Assembly (NCBI GenBank): GCA_963801605.1 | Contig: CAWDFP010000006.1 | Location: 224,001-288,000 of the forward strand | Reading direction: 5' to 3' | Source of the DNA: an uncultured candidate division Zixibacteria bacterium | Lineage (GTDB): Bacteria; Zixibacteria; MSB-5A5; UBA10806 | Length of the DNA: 64,000 bases | Shown here: piece after piece, positions 46,901-55,559 of the stretch | Layout of the letters: each line of letters begins with the position of its first letter | Numbering within the stretch: position 1 is the first letter of the stretch | Translations under genes and position numbers: made by a program | Notes under the pieces: model-generated | The model's input: only the letters and a program-made list of their open reading frames with translations | Database searches by the model: none | Told to the model about the DNA's origin: nothing

Positions 46901-49900
46901 TCATAGATACCGCTTTGCATAAAGTTCGGCCTGAATCCGAAATTAGCGGTGCCGTTTAGGTTATCAACAAAAACCATATTGGGAACGAGCGGAACGGCCG
47001 AAAAAGCGATAGTATTACCATCGGGATCGCTTGCGGTAATGCTAAGAGCCAGCGAATCACCCTCAGTGATGGTTTGCGCACCAATCGGGGAAAGTATCGG
47101 CGCGCGATTAATATTATTGACAGTAATAATAACATGTTCGGAATCAGCTAACATGCCATCCGTGGCGAAGAAGTTGATGGTATCAACTCCCGCCTGGTCA
47201 TAGCTCGGATTGAACGTGAAGGTCCCGGTCCCATTTCCATGATCCAGATAGTTGGCGTTAAGCGGTAAATTCAGCGCTCCCATCATCGGATCATTTCCAT
47301 CAGCGTCGCTGGCAGTTACAGTAAACTGCAGCAGTTGCCCCTCGTTAACCGTTTGAGGACCGATCGGAGCTAACACGGGACTTTGGTTGCCGGATTCGAT
47401 AGTTGTTATTTGAACGCTGAGAGTATCGGAATCCAAGCCGTCGCTGGCGTAGAAATCTACAAATGTAATTCCTGATTGCGTGAAATCAGGCTGATAGCGA
47501 AATACGCCGGTTCCGTTACCGCTGTCGGCAAAGGTGGCATTTAAGGGCAGGTTAGCGGATGTCAGGATAGGTATCTGGCCATCGGCATCAGTAGCATGTA
47601 CCGCGAATATCAGGGTTCCGCCCTCAATGATGGTTTGATTGGGAATGGGGTTGATAACCGGCGGTTGATTGCTGCTTGAGACTGTTATATGTACCAATTC
47701 GGAATCGGCAGAGATACCATCGAATGATGTAAAAAGAACATAGTAATCGCCCTGCTGATTAAAATCAGGTGCGAAATTGAAAACGCCGTTACCATTGGTG
47801 GAATCATAGAACGATGCATTAAGCGGCAGTTGATAAGCTGAAAGCACGGGGATATTGCCGTCGAGATCGTACGATTGCACCACAAATTCCAGATGCCCGC
47901 CTTCGCTAACGCTATGAGGGCCGATAGTAACCAGCACCGGAACACGATTTACGTTAAGAACTGTGACCGGAACCAGTTCAGAATCTGCGGCAATGCCATC
48001 ACTGGCGATAAAAAGTAACTGATAAATTCCGGATTCGAAGAAATTTGGATAAAAAGCAAAGTGGCCGGTGCCGTTTAGATTATCTACAAAAGACGCGTTG
48101 GCGGGAAGTCCCGAAACAGTCAGTATCGGGAAAGTTCCGTCCGCGTCGGTGGCACTGATATTAAATACCAGACTATCGTTTTCAAAAACAGATCTTGGTC
48201 CGATCGGGGCTAAAATTGGAGGCTGATTACCAGCGTCGTTTACGGTAATTTGGACATATTCCGAATCGGCCAGAGGACCAATCGAAGCGATAAAGAGAAC
48301 AGTATATATTCCGTTTTGAGCATAATTGGGAGCGAATCTGAACAGCCCGTGGCCATTAAGCGAATCGGCAAACGTGGCGTTCAACGGCAGCGGACTGGCG
48401 CTAAGATGTGGAAGCGAGCCATCCGGATCGCTTGATGTCACTACAAACTGCAACATGGCACCCTCGTTTACTACCCTTGGACCGATAGGATCCAGAACCG
48501 GCATCAAGGGGGTATTAAGCACAGTCACCTGCACCCAAAGGGAGTCATATAGCGAGCCATCGAAGGCGCGGAAGAGAACGTTGTAGCTTCCGGTCTGATT
48601 AAAGCTTGGATTGAAAATAAACGAACCCCGTCCATTACCGCTATCGGCAAAAGCCGAATTGGCCGGTAAATTGAATGCTTGAAGGGCGGGAATAGTGCTA
48701 TCGGGATCGTGACCTACAATTTCGAGAGCCAGACGCTGACCTTCATAAACTGTTTGCGGAGGAATGGAATCAAGCACCGGCGCCTGATTGCCGGCATCAA
48801 GTACCGTTATCCTGACAAGTTCCGAATCGGCTAAAGAACCGTCAGATGCAATAAATCTGATATCGTAAAATCCGGATTGAGTATACCCGGGAGTGAATCG
48901 AAACACACCGGAGCCGTTCGTGGAATCAACGAAAGTGGCATTTGTGGGAAGATTCTGAGCCACCAAAGTCAGCGACTGCAAATCGGGATCGGTGGCCGAA
49001 GTCCTGAAGCTGATCGTACTGCCCTCGATGACTGAGCGGTTTCCAATCGGATTTAAGACCGGCGGACGGTTGACATTATTTACGGTGATATTGACATTTT
49101 CCGAATCAGCGAGAACGCCGTCACTGGCGATAAATAAAACAGTATATGGACCAGCCTGAGTGTAATCAGGATCGAATACAAACAACCCGCGGCCATTGAG
49201 GCTATCTGTGAAAGCGGCATGCAACGGCAAATTGTGGGCAGTTAAGGTGGGGATTTGACCGTCGAGATCGGAGGCTGAGACAATGAAACTCAAACGCTGG
49301 TTTTCATTGATAGAATGAGGTCCAATGGGATTCAATACCGGCGCTGCATTGGTATGCAGTACGGTAACGCTGACGATCATCGTATCTCTCAGAGCCGGGC
49401 TATTTGAAGACGCAAAAAATGAAAGATTATAGGAGCCCTCTTGAGTTAGATCGGGGCTGAAAACAAGCCTTCCGGCGCCGCCGCCGAGATCGGTAAATGT
49501 CGCATTGGCGGGCAGAGTCCCGCTGGTCAGCGTGATGATATCGCCATCAGGGTCCGAGGCGCTTAAATTGAGATTTAAAGTCTGGCCCTCGGATAAGCTT
49601 TGCGGGGCAACATCGATGAAGACGGGCGCTCTATCAACGTTAGTTACAGTGATATTGACCAGTTCAGTATCAGCCAATGCATTTGAGTTCGCAATGATTG
49701 TAACTTGATATGGGCCGGCTTGAGTATAATTCGGATCGAATATCAGTGAGCCAATACCGCCGGTTGAATCGTGGAATACAGCATTGCCTGGAAGATTGTG
49801 CGCCAGAAGCGTGATCGTATCGCCATCGGGATCGGTTGAAGCGACCCTTATGGCTAAATGCCCGGCCTCCGGTATGGTTTGAGGAGAAATCGGAGTAATG

Positions 49901-51948
49901 GTTGGAGCACGATCGATATTGGTCACGGTTATGTTTACATATTGAGTATCAGCCAAAGCATTAGAATTCGCGATTAATCTTACCTGATAAGGACCAGCCT
50001 GACTGTAATTAGGATCGAAAATCAAGGCTCCAACTCCACCGGTAGAGTCGTGGAATGAGGCGTTGGTTGGAAGCTGTTGGGCAAGTAAAGTTATAAGATC
50101 GCCATCAGGATCAGAGGCGGCGATTCTCACTGCCAAATGACCACCCTCGGCAACGCTCTGCGGGTTGACAGGGGTGATAACGGGCTTGCGATCGACGTTG
50201 GTAACGGTAATAGAAACAATCTCGGTATCGGCGAGAGTATTCGAGTGTGCAATGATACTAACCTGATAGGCCGCTGCTTGAACGTAACTGGGATCAAATA
50301 TTAGACCCCCTCTGCCACCGGTGGAATCAACGAAAGAAGCGTTGGCTGGAAGATTTAAAGCAGTCAGTGTTATAACGTCACCGGCATCAGGATCAGTTGC
50401 CGAGATCCGAACTGCCAGATGGCCGCCCTCAGGTACCGTTTGAGGCGGCACCGTGGCGATCACAGGTGGACGGTCTATTGCGGTAACTGTAATGGGAACA
50501 AGTTCGGTATCGGCCAAACCGCCTGCATTGGCGATAAATATAACCTGGTAGTTGCCGTTCTGAGTGTAATCCGGATTAAAAATGAATCCACCAATTCCTC
50601 CGGTGGAATCGTGGAATGAGGAATTTAGCGGCAGTTGCTGTGCAAGCAAGGTAACGATATCGCCATCCGGATCAGCAGCCGTAACTCGAATCTCCAGATG
50701 CCCGCCCTCGGCGACGCTTCTGGGACCGATGGTCGTAAAAACCGGCGCTCTATCGACATTGGTTACCGTTATATTAACAATCTGGGTGTCTGCCAAAGTA
50801 TTGGCGTTAGCTATAAGCCTGATCTGGTAGCCCCCCGATTGAGCATAATTGGGATCGAAAATCAAGCTACCAACGCCTCCAGTGGAATCATGAAATGCGG
50901 CGTTAGTCGGGAGTTGCTGAGCAAGAAGAGTAATGATATCGCCATCGGGATCAGTAGCGGTTACTCTTAACGCTAAATGTCCACCCTCCGGAACTGATTG
51001 GGCCGATACAGGTGTAATTACCGGTTTGCGATCAACGTTAGTTACCGTGATATTGACAAGCTCTGTGTCCGAAACAACGTTAGAGGTAGCGATAATCCTG
51101 ACTTGATAGCCTCCGGCTTGAGCGTAACTCGGATCGAATATTATACCACCAACTCCGCCCGTAGAATCGTGGAATGTAGCATTTGCCGGCAAATTCTGGG
51201 CGCTGAGTGTAATTGGATCTCCATCCGGATCCGAGGATGTAATTCTTACGGCCAGATGACCGCCTTCAGGCACAGTCTGAGGAGAAACCGGCGCAATAAC
51301 CGGCGCTCTATCGGTGTTGGTGACTGTAATATTGACCAGTTCCGTATCCGCCAAAGCGTTCGATGTCGCTATAATCCTGACGGCAAATAATCCTGCCTGG
51401 GTATAATCGGGACTAAATATAAGGCCACCAACGCCGCCCGTAGAATCGTGAAAAGAAGCGTTCGCGGGAAGCTGCTCCGCATGAAGAGTTATGATATCGC
51501 CATCGGGATCGGTCGCGGTAGTCCTGACGTTTAATATCGCACCTTCAGCCACGCTTTGGGCGCCGATTGAAGTAAGCACCGGGGCGCGATCAACATTAAT
51601 TACGGTAATATCGACGAGCTCGCTATCCGCCGAACCGGCGGTATCGCTAACGATGAAGCGAACTTGATATAGCCCTGCCTGGGAATAGTCCGGTAAAAAT
51701 GTGAATCCGCCGACACCACCCGTGGAATCATTGAAAGTTGCATTGGTCGGAAGCGATTCAGCAACCAGGCTGATAATATCGCCCGCATCGGGATCGCTGG
51801 CAGTGACCCGAATATCTAAACGGCCACCTTCGTTCACAGATTGAGCCCCGATCGGCGCGAGGATCGGAGCATTATTTTGGGCCAGTGACGTTTGAGCAGA
51901 AAACAATATTCCACTGAGTGCTATAGCGAGAATTATCAAGCGCCTCAT
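43975..51948 (-). CDS. Giant secreted Ig/cadherin-like tandem-repeat protein (~26 repeats of ~96 aa) with a C-terminal dockerin-like module
   Basis: Repeat NRAPVLxxIGxxxVxEG..AxDPDGD..LPxNAxFxD..FxPxYxQxGxY; ends RGDANNSGELNGLDVIYLVNYFKGG...ADANGNGVVNGLDVVYL; no CTD. Confidence 0.9.
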   Translation of the reverse strand: MRRLIILAIALSGILFSAQTSLAQNNAPILAPIGAQSVNEGGRLDIRVTASDPDAGDIISLVAESLPTNATFNDSTGGVGGFTFLPDYSQAGLYQVRFIVSDTAGSADSELVDITVINVDRAPVLTSIGAQSVAEGAILNVRTTATDPDGDIITLHAEQLPANASFHDSTGGVGGLIFSPDYTQAGLFAVRIIATSNALADTELVNITVTNTDRAPVIAPVSPQTVPEGGHLAVRITSSDPDGDPITLSAQNLPANATFHDSTGGVGGIIFDPSYAQAGGYQVRIIATSNVVSDTELVNITVTNVDRKPVITPVSAQSVPEGGHLALRVTATDPDGDIITLLAQQLPTNAAFHDSTGGVGSLIFDPNYAQSGGYQIRLIANANTLADTQIVNITVTNVDRAPVFTTIGPRSVAEGGHLEIRVTAADPDGDIVTLLAQQLPLNSSFHDSTGGIGGFIFNPDYTQNGNYQVIFIANAGGLADTELVPITVTAIDRPPVIATVPPQTVPEGGHLAVRISATDPDAGDVITLTALNLPANASFVDSTGGRGGLIFDPSYVQAAAYQVSIIAHSNTLADTEIVSITVTNVDRKPVITPVNPQSVAEGGHLAVRIAASDPDGDLITLLAQQLPTNASFHDSTGGVGALIFDPNYSQAGPYQVRLIANSNALADTQYVNITVTNIDRAPTITPISPQTIPEAGHLAIRVASTDPDGDTITLLAHNLPGNAVFHDSTGGIGSLIFDPNYTQAGPYQVTIIANSNALADTELVNITVTNVDRAPVFIDVAPQSLSEGQTLNLNLSASDPDGDIITLTSGTLPANATFTDLGGGAGRLVFSPDLTQEGSYNLSFFASSNSPALRDTMIVSVTVLHTNAAPVLNPIGPHSINENQRLSFIVSASDLDGQIPTLTAHNLPLHAAFTDSLNGRGLFVFDPDYTQAGPYTVLFIASDGVLADSENVNITVNNVNRPPVLNPIGNRSVIEGSTISFRTSATDPDLQSLTLVAQNLPTNATFVDSTNGSGVFRFTPGYTQSGFYDIRFIASDGSLADSELVRITVLDAGNQAPVLDSIPPQTVYEGQRLALEIVGHDPDSTIPALQAFNLPANSAFADSGNGRGSFIFNPSFNQTGSYNVLFRAFDGSLYDSLWVQVTVLNTPLMPVLDPIGPRVVNEGAMLQFVVTSSDPDGSLPHLSASPLPLNATFADSLNGHGLFRFAPNYAQNGIYTVLFIASIGPLADSEYVQITVNDAGNQPPILAPIGPRSVFENDSLVFNISATDADGTFPILTVSGLPANASFVDNLNGTGHFAFYPNFFESGIYQLLFIASDGIAADSELVPVTVLNVNRVPVLVTIGPHSVSEGGHLEFVVQSYDLDGNIPVLSAYQLPLNASFYDSTNGNGVFNFAPDFNQQGDYYVLFTSFDGISADSELVHITVSSSNQPPVINPIPNQTIIEGGTLIFAVHATDADGQIPILTSANLPLNATFADSGNGTGVFRYQPDFTQSGITFVDFYASDGLDSDTLSVQITTIESGNQSPVLAPIGPQTVNEGQLLQFTVTASDADGNDPMMGALNLPLNANYLDHGNGTGTFTFNPSYDQAGVDTINFFATDGMLADSEHVIITVNNINRAPILSPIGAQTITEGDSLALSITASDPDGNTIAFSAVPLVPNMVFVDNLNGTANFGFRPNFMQSGIYDVTFITADSSLADSEIVRITVLDAGNQAPRLASIDTAYYVTEGESLRVNIAATDADGNPLALSAVPLYTNMTFVDNSNGTGTLNFHPNFQQAGNYVIMFRAFDGVAFDSAATRIYVAEQGNQYPVLAPIGPRTVAEGDSLVVNVSAVDPEGFIPFLYLDNPPGFSSFVDNRNGTGRFVYHPDYYSAGVHSVRFIAMDNGGLTDYEDVAITVTDVNRAPWISFRGDTVVAEGVALVDTVVVYDSTDYQPGTLSLTHGYMPPNATLTIIGNGIGRFVFQPAFNQAGVDSAYFVAVDSDVPPLSANRWVHFRINNVNRRPLLQQVPPSEIDQGDTLTLALHAIDPDGDPVTLFINSLTEPRIPVNSTFEDLGGGVGRFIFHPDYTQSGIYIINFAATDGNLIDTKPGLIQIHDLGNQPPTLNPIGAFTITEGDSLAIHLISTDPDSTRPALSIIGALSNMVFIDSTNGHGSLNYHALYNQAGVYNLSFLASDGQYADTQSTTLTVLEAGNQRPRITPMSNWSINEGMVLRLRVSSSDPDSIVPILTAHNMPLNSTLADSGNGRGLFTFSPSYSQNGTYHVTFLAIDREYPDVADSAEVSINVININRAPTIDSIGPFTVNEGANLAFTVVSHDEDATISHLTVGHIPPNASFVDNGDGTGFFNFNPSYFQAGVDSARFIAVDAVDPNIFTIRTVRITILNVNRRPILGYIPADTTLGDGFLITINFVATDPDSIPPILFQRGKPDSATFLDNNQGSGTLQWRPRIADIGTHNLYLGCRDRSNPAMSDSQLVVINVILAGNHPPIFAREPNHRMRANDTLNITLTATDYDGDLLTITSAYNLPFGMTLTDHGNNQAALYWIPQPLQHGDTVATLVATDPLGLTDSLRIVFTVITYIRGDANNSGELNGLDVIYLVNYFKGGPRPPVMEAADANGNGVVNGLDVVYLLNYFKGGPPPPLLIGGKTDIKIVPVGQLNSDGL

Positions 51949-52035
51949 CTATTTACCTCATTTTGATTCAAATTTTCAATCCGCATTCGAAAACTCGAAG
52001 TAATTCCTATGCAAAAAATCGCAACCGCGCGATTC

Positions 52036-54165
52036 TTATTTTACCAGAAGCATTCGCTTAGTCTGATCAAAATCTTTTGACTGCAGACGATAGAAGAATA
52101 CGCCCGTAGCCACACTTTCACCATTATCGGAACGTCCATTCCAGGTGACGCTATGATTTCCAGCCGACATATTTTCATTTAAGAGCGTAGTTACTTTTCG
52201 TCCCAGCACATCATAAATCGAGAGCTCGACCTGCCCGTTGTCAGGCAGATCAAAACTTATCATAGTGCTGGAGTTAAAGGGATTGGGATAATTCTGATTC
52301 AAAATATAATCGGTCGGCAACTGGCCTTTAATCTCTGAGGGAATAAAAGCCGAGGCACGATCGACGATCAGAAATTCGTTTAGTCTGATATCCCGCGGGC
52401 TGAAACTGTTGTTCTTGAGACGGAATCTGAAAGTCGCCAATTCACCGGTAGACGGTCCAAAAGTGGAGCCGCCGAGATCGTAGAAAACGCCTTTGGCTTT
52501 GCCATCACCAACACTGTGATCGAATCTGAGATTTTGAACCATTGATCCCGGTTCAACATCGAGAGGTTCCAGGGTCTCGGCGTTGTAGCTAAGATCATAT
52601 TGCAGCGCTGCGGCTTCGGTACCGACATCGGCCCACAAAGGTATGGTGATGATATCCCCCGAAATATCGGCGTCCTTTTTGAGTTCGACAAAGGCAAGTG
52701 GTGTCGGCGGGACTGGCCCTGGTGAAAGAGGTATTTGTAAAATTTGATCGATGACGTTTTGAAGATCGCTGACATTGACTCTGGTATCGCGGTTGATATC
52801 CGCGGCGTCAAATTGCCTGACATCGAGCGTTACGCGATCGATGATGAAAGCCACGATAGTAACACAGTCACCGACATTAACGTGCTCATCAAGATTGGCA
52901 TCACCGAAGCGATCCACAGTGAAATATCCGCTATTAGTTACCAGGCTCCGCGAGGTGCCAATGCTGTCGATAACTTCGATGGCCGAATCGAGAACTACCG
53001 GCGTACGCCCTACGAGCGCGGCAGTATTAACATTGGTTACAAATCGCATTATGGGCCCGGTGCCGCCAATGATTGGATCAAGGCCCGGAGAGAAAACGAG
53101 CACTACGATTCGACCGAGTACCGGTTCGCTATACCAGAATCCCAATCCGGCACAGCGATCGGTGGGAATAACATCGGCAACATCAATCTGGTTATGATCA
53201 TAAAAATAATTAAACTGCAAGCCGTAAACATTTCGGGAATTGAAAAGCTCGATATTAATATCCCGAGTTAAAGCCCCGGGAACACCTCCCTGGCCGCCAA
53301 CAACCGAAAGGAAATCGTTAGGTTGATCCAATACAATAATTGGAACCATCATCGGAGTGGTGTTATTGTGATCGTCGACTGCCGTAAAGGTAACAATAAA
53401 GGTATCTGGCCCCTGCTCAAAAGTCGGCGCAAATGTAAAGGTTCCCGATACAGTCGAATCGCCTTGTACGGTCGGGAAAGAGGCATTGGCTGGCAGGCTC
53501 GAAGCCGATAATGTTATTATATCGCCGTCGAGATCATAGGAAGTAACGGGAAATTGCAATATTTGGCCTTCCCTAACCTCCTGTGTACCTATGCTTCCTA
53601 TAACCGGCGGCTGGTTAGAAGTGCCTCCGGTGACAGTGATGGAACCGTCTACCAACCGCGGGTAAAAAATATCGCCGCTGCCGGTCGTATCCGCCCAGGC
53701 GTTTTCAAAATGATTAGTCGTCGGATCAGTTCCAAAACGTAAATATGTTCTATCTCCATACTGGGTTGATGGCCTGATTCTGAAAGTCATCCTGGCCACA
53801 ACTCCATGGCCATGATGGAGCACATGTCCCGGAATGTTGGGGCTCCAGGTGACTGCCGATATAACAAGCATGCTATCGATATATATTCTACCATCAATAG
53901 TCTCGAGGGTGTCGCCATTGCGCCCGATTCTCTGAATACCGATGTATTGAAGGGCGTTGGGATTTAAGAACACCACCGCACCGTAGCCCTGTAAAACGAT
54001 ATCCATGTTCGAAATATATAAGTCGACCTGGATCGTATCGCCTGGCCGGCCGTAGCTGTCCACAACTTTCATAGTGTCGTTTGGCAATTGTATCTGCGCC
54101 AGGGCGCTCGATGCCACCCCAAACAAAATTCCGATTATCATCACCGGTAATATCAGCCTTCTCAT
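52036..54165 (-). CDS. Scaffoldin-like secreted protein: three cohesin-like domains, one Ig repeat, an internal dockerin-like module and an FlgD/T9SS-type CTD
   Basis: GRPGDTIQVDLYISN, GVPGALTRDINIELFN..VYGLQFNYFYD and GDIITIPLWAD..AAALQYDLSYN; FGDANLDEHVNVGD..AADINRDTRVNVSD; NYPNPFN...RMLLVK. Confidence 0.75.
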   Translation of the reverse strand: MRRLILPVMIIGILFGVASSALAQIQLPNDTMKVVDSYGRPGDTIQVDLYISNMDIVLQGYGAVVFLNPNALQYIGIQRIGRNGDTLETIDGRIYIDSMLVISAVTWSPNIPGHVLHHGHGVVARMTFRIRPSTQYGDRTYLRFGTDPTTNHFENAWADTTGSGDIFYPRLVDGSITVTGGTSNQPPVIGSIGTQEVREGQILQFPVTSYDLDGDIITLSASSLPANASFPTVQGDSTVSGTFTFAPTFEQGPDTFIVTFTAVDDHNNTTPMMVPIIVLDQPNDFLSVVGGQGGVPGALTRDINIELFNSRNVYGLQFNYFYDHNQIDVADVIPTDRCAGLGFWYSEPVLGRIVVLVFSPGLDPIIGGTGPIMRFVTNVNTAALVGRTPVVLDSAIEVIDSIGTSRSLVTNSGYFTVDRFGDANLDEHVNVGDCVTIVAFIIDRVTLDVRQFDAADINRDTRVNVSDLQNVIDQILQIPLSPGPVPPTPLAFVELKKDADISGDIITIPLWADVGTEAAALQYDLSYNAETLEPLDVEPGSMVQNLRFDHSVGDGKAKGVFYDLGGSTFGPSTGELATFRFRLKNNSFSPRDIRLNEFLIVDRASAFIPSEIKGQLPTDYILNQNYPNPFNSSTMISFDLPDNGQVELSIYDVLGRKVTTLLNENMSAGNHSVTWNGRSDNGESVATGVFFYRLQSKDFDQTKRMLLVK

Positions 54166-54178
54166 AACTTTGGCCTCA

Positions 54179-55003
54179 TTACTTTAAAAGTGTCATTGTT
54201 TTTGTTAAATCCCCACTCTTCGAACTATGCAATCTATAGAAATAAACCCCCGAAGTAATATTCTGCCCGGCCGAACTACCATCCCAGTACACAACAATTT
54301 CGCCAGGGCCGGTCCAGCCCGAATATAGGACGCTCACGCTCCGTCCAAGCAGATCGTAAACGGTAAGATCAACCAAATCGGATTCCTTAAGCGTAAATGA
54401 AATCCTGGTCGTACCGTTAAACGGATTGGGATAGTTTTGCGCTAACGCGAATTGGCCAGGAACAATAGCATCTTCAGCGGCATCCGAGCCGGGTAATATT
54501 TGTATTTCCTGCCCAATTAAAACCGGCACAACCAGAGAGTCTCCGGTACAGTTTGAAAGAGAGTTTTGATGTGAGGTGGAATCGCTATCCTCGTATTGAA
54601 ATAGATAATAGCCGGGTTGAGCTCCATTTTGAATGACAAAGTCCAGAGTGGCAATTGCCCCGTTTCCGGGTACTATCGCGTTTTCGATCGGGCGCCAGGA
54701 CGTGCCAAATATTTCAGCTACACCATCCTCATCAAAATTCGCACCGAACAAATCGAATCCGTGTGAGCGTATCGTGAGATGCATGTCAAGCGGCCTGAAG
54801 GACCATTCATCGAAAGTAATGCGCGCCTGAAATCCACCGACCGCAAATGAATTGACGAGAAGCACGGGAACAGTAACTGTATCGCCCGGACTGCCAACTA
54901 ATGATGCGATGCTGAGCGTATCCAAGGTGGAATAGACTTGCGCCCAACAGCCGACTGAGATCGCTAATACGCACAAAATTACAACGACCTGCAATCTTAT
55001 CAA
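54179..55003 (-). CDS. Single cohesin-like domain protein with T9SS-type CTD
   Basis: TTG start after GGAGG; signal peptide; GSPGDTVTVPVLLVNSFAVGGFQARITFD...GNGAIATLDFVI; NYPNPFN...MTLLK. Confidence 0.75.
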   Translation of the reverse strand: MIRLQVVVILCVLAISVGCWAQVYSTLDTLSIASLVGSPGDTVTVPVLLVNSFAVGGFQARITFDEWSFRPLDMHLTIRSHGFDLFGANFDEDGVAEIFGTSWRPIENAIVPGNGAIATLDFVIQNGAQPGYYLFQYEDSDSTSHQNSLSNCTGDSLVVPVLIGQEIQILPGSDAAEDAIVPGQFALAQNYPNPFNGTTRISFTLKESDLVDLTVYDLLGRSVSVLYSGWTGPGEIVVYWDGSSAGQNITSGVYFYRLHSSKSGDLTKTMTLLK

Positions 55004-55237
55004 CCTTTTTCCTCCCTTAATCGTCCGCTACCTGCCATCAGTCCCTAAATAGGCCTTTGTTATTGCTGCTTAAGTATTTATCGGCATTGACGATGGCGGT
55101 GTTTAGAAGCCGCCAAAGTTTAGGCTCAGGTGCAGAGTTGCTAATATTAGTTAGGATTGTGACGATTCGATTCAATTAGCTTTCCTAATAATTAATTACG
55201 AAATTCCAAAATTCCAGCGGATTGCTTCAATATAATG

Positions 55238-55253
55238 TGCAAAAGCCGTGCCC
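55238..55253 (-). promoter_or_regulatory. sigma54 (-24/-12) promoter upstream of the 55003-39643 operon
   Basis: Minus strand GGGCACGGCTTTTGCA = GG-N10-GC, close to TGGCACG-N4-TTGCW; an AT-rich tract lies upstream. Confidence 0.65.
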
Positions 55254-55498
55254 CAGGCTGTAAGTTTTTAGATGATAGCAGATTAAGTTGATTCAAAGCC
55301 TTATGGCCCTTCAATGTTTCGGGAAAATAGGCGCTTGTTATTATTAAAAAAAAGAGGACGAGATTTACATAAAAAACTGATATTATAAAAAAAATACAAC
55401 TACTCACTTACTACTCCTGCGTTAATTAACTAATTTTTTGCATACTTTCTCTATATCGACCCCCTCTCCTTTTTCCAACCTTGTTTCATCTTTATGCA

Positions 55499-55531
55499 GG
55501 ATAAGAGAGGGAGATAATCCCTCTCTTATCC
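55499..55531 (-). terminator. Perfect 14-bp stem-loop just downstream of the 57799 gene (terminator or 3' stabiliser)
   Basis: GGATAAGAGAGGGA-GATAA-TCCCTCTCTTATCC; no poly-U tail. Confidence 0.6.
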
Positions 55532-55559
55532 AATACTACCTTTGAATAGAACCGCTGAA

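Noticed and set aside
55020..55075. ops/RfaH element or c-di-GMP-I 3' half (minus strand GGCCTA...GATGGCAGGTAGCGG) before the long operon
   Set aside because: Only 8 of 12 bases match ops and there is no GNRA-capped upstream stem; too weak without an Rfam or NusG-paralog search.
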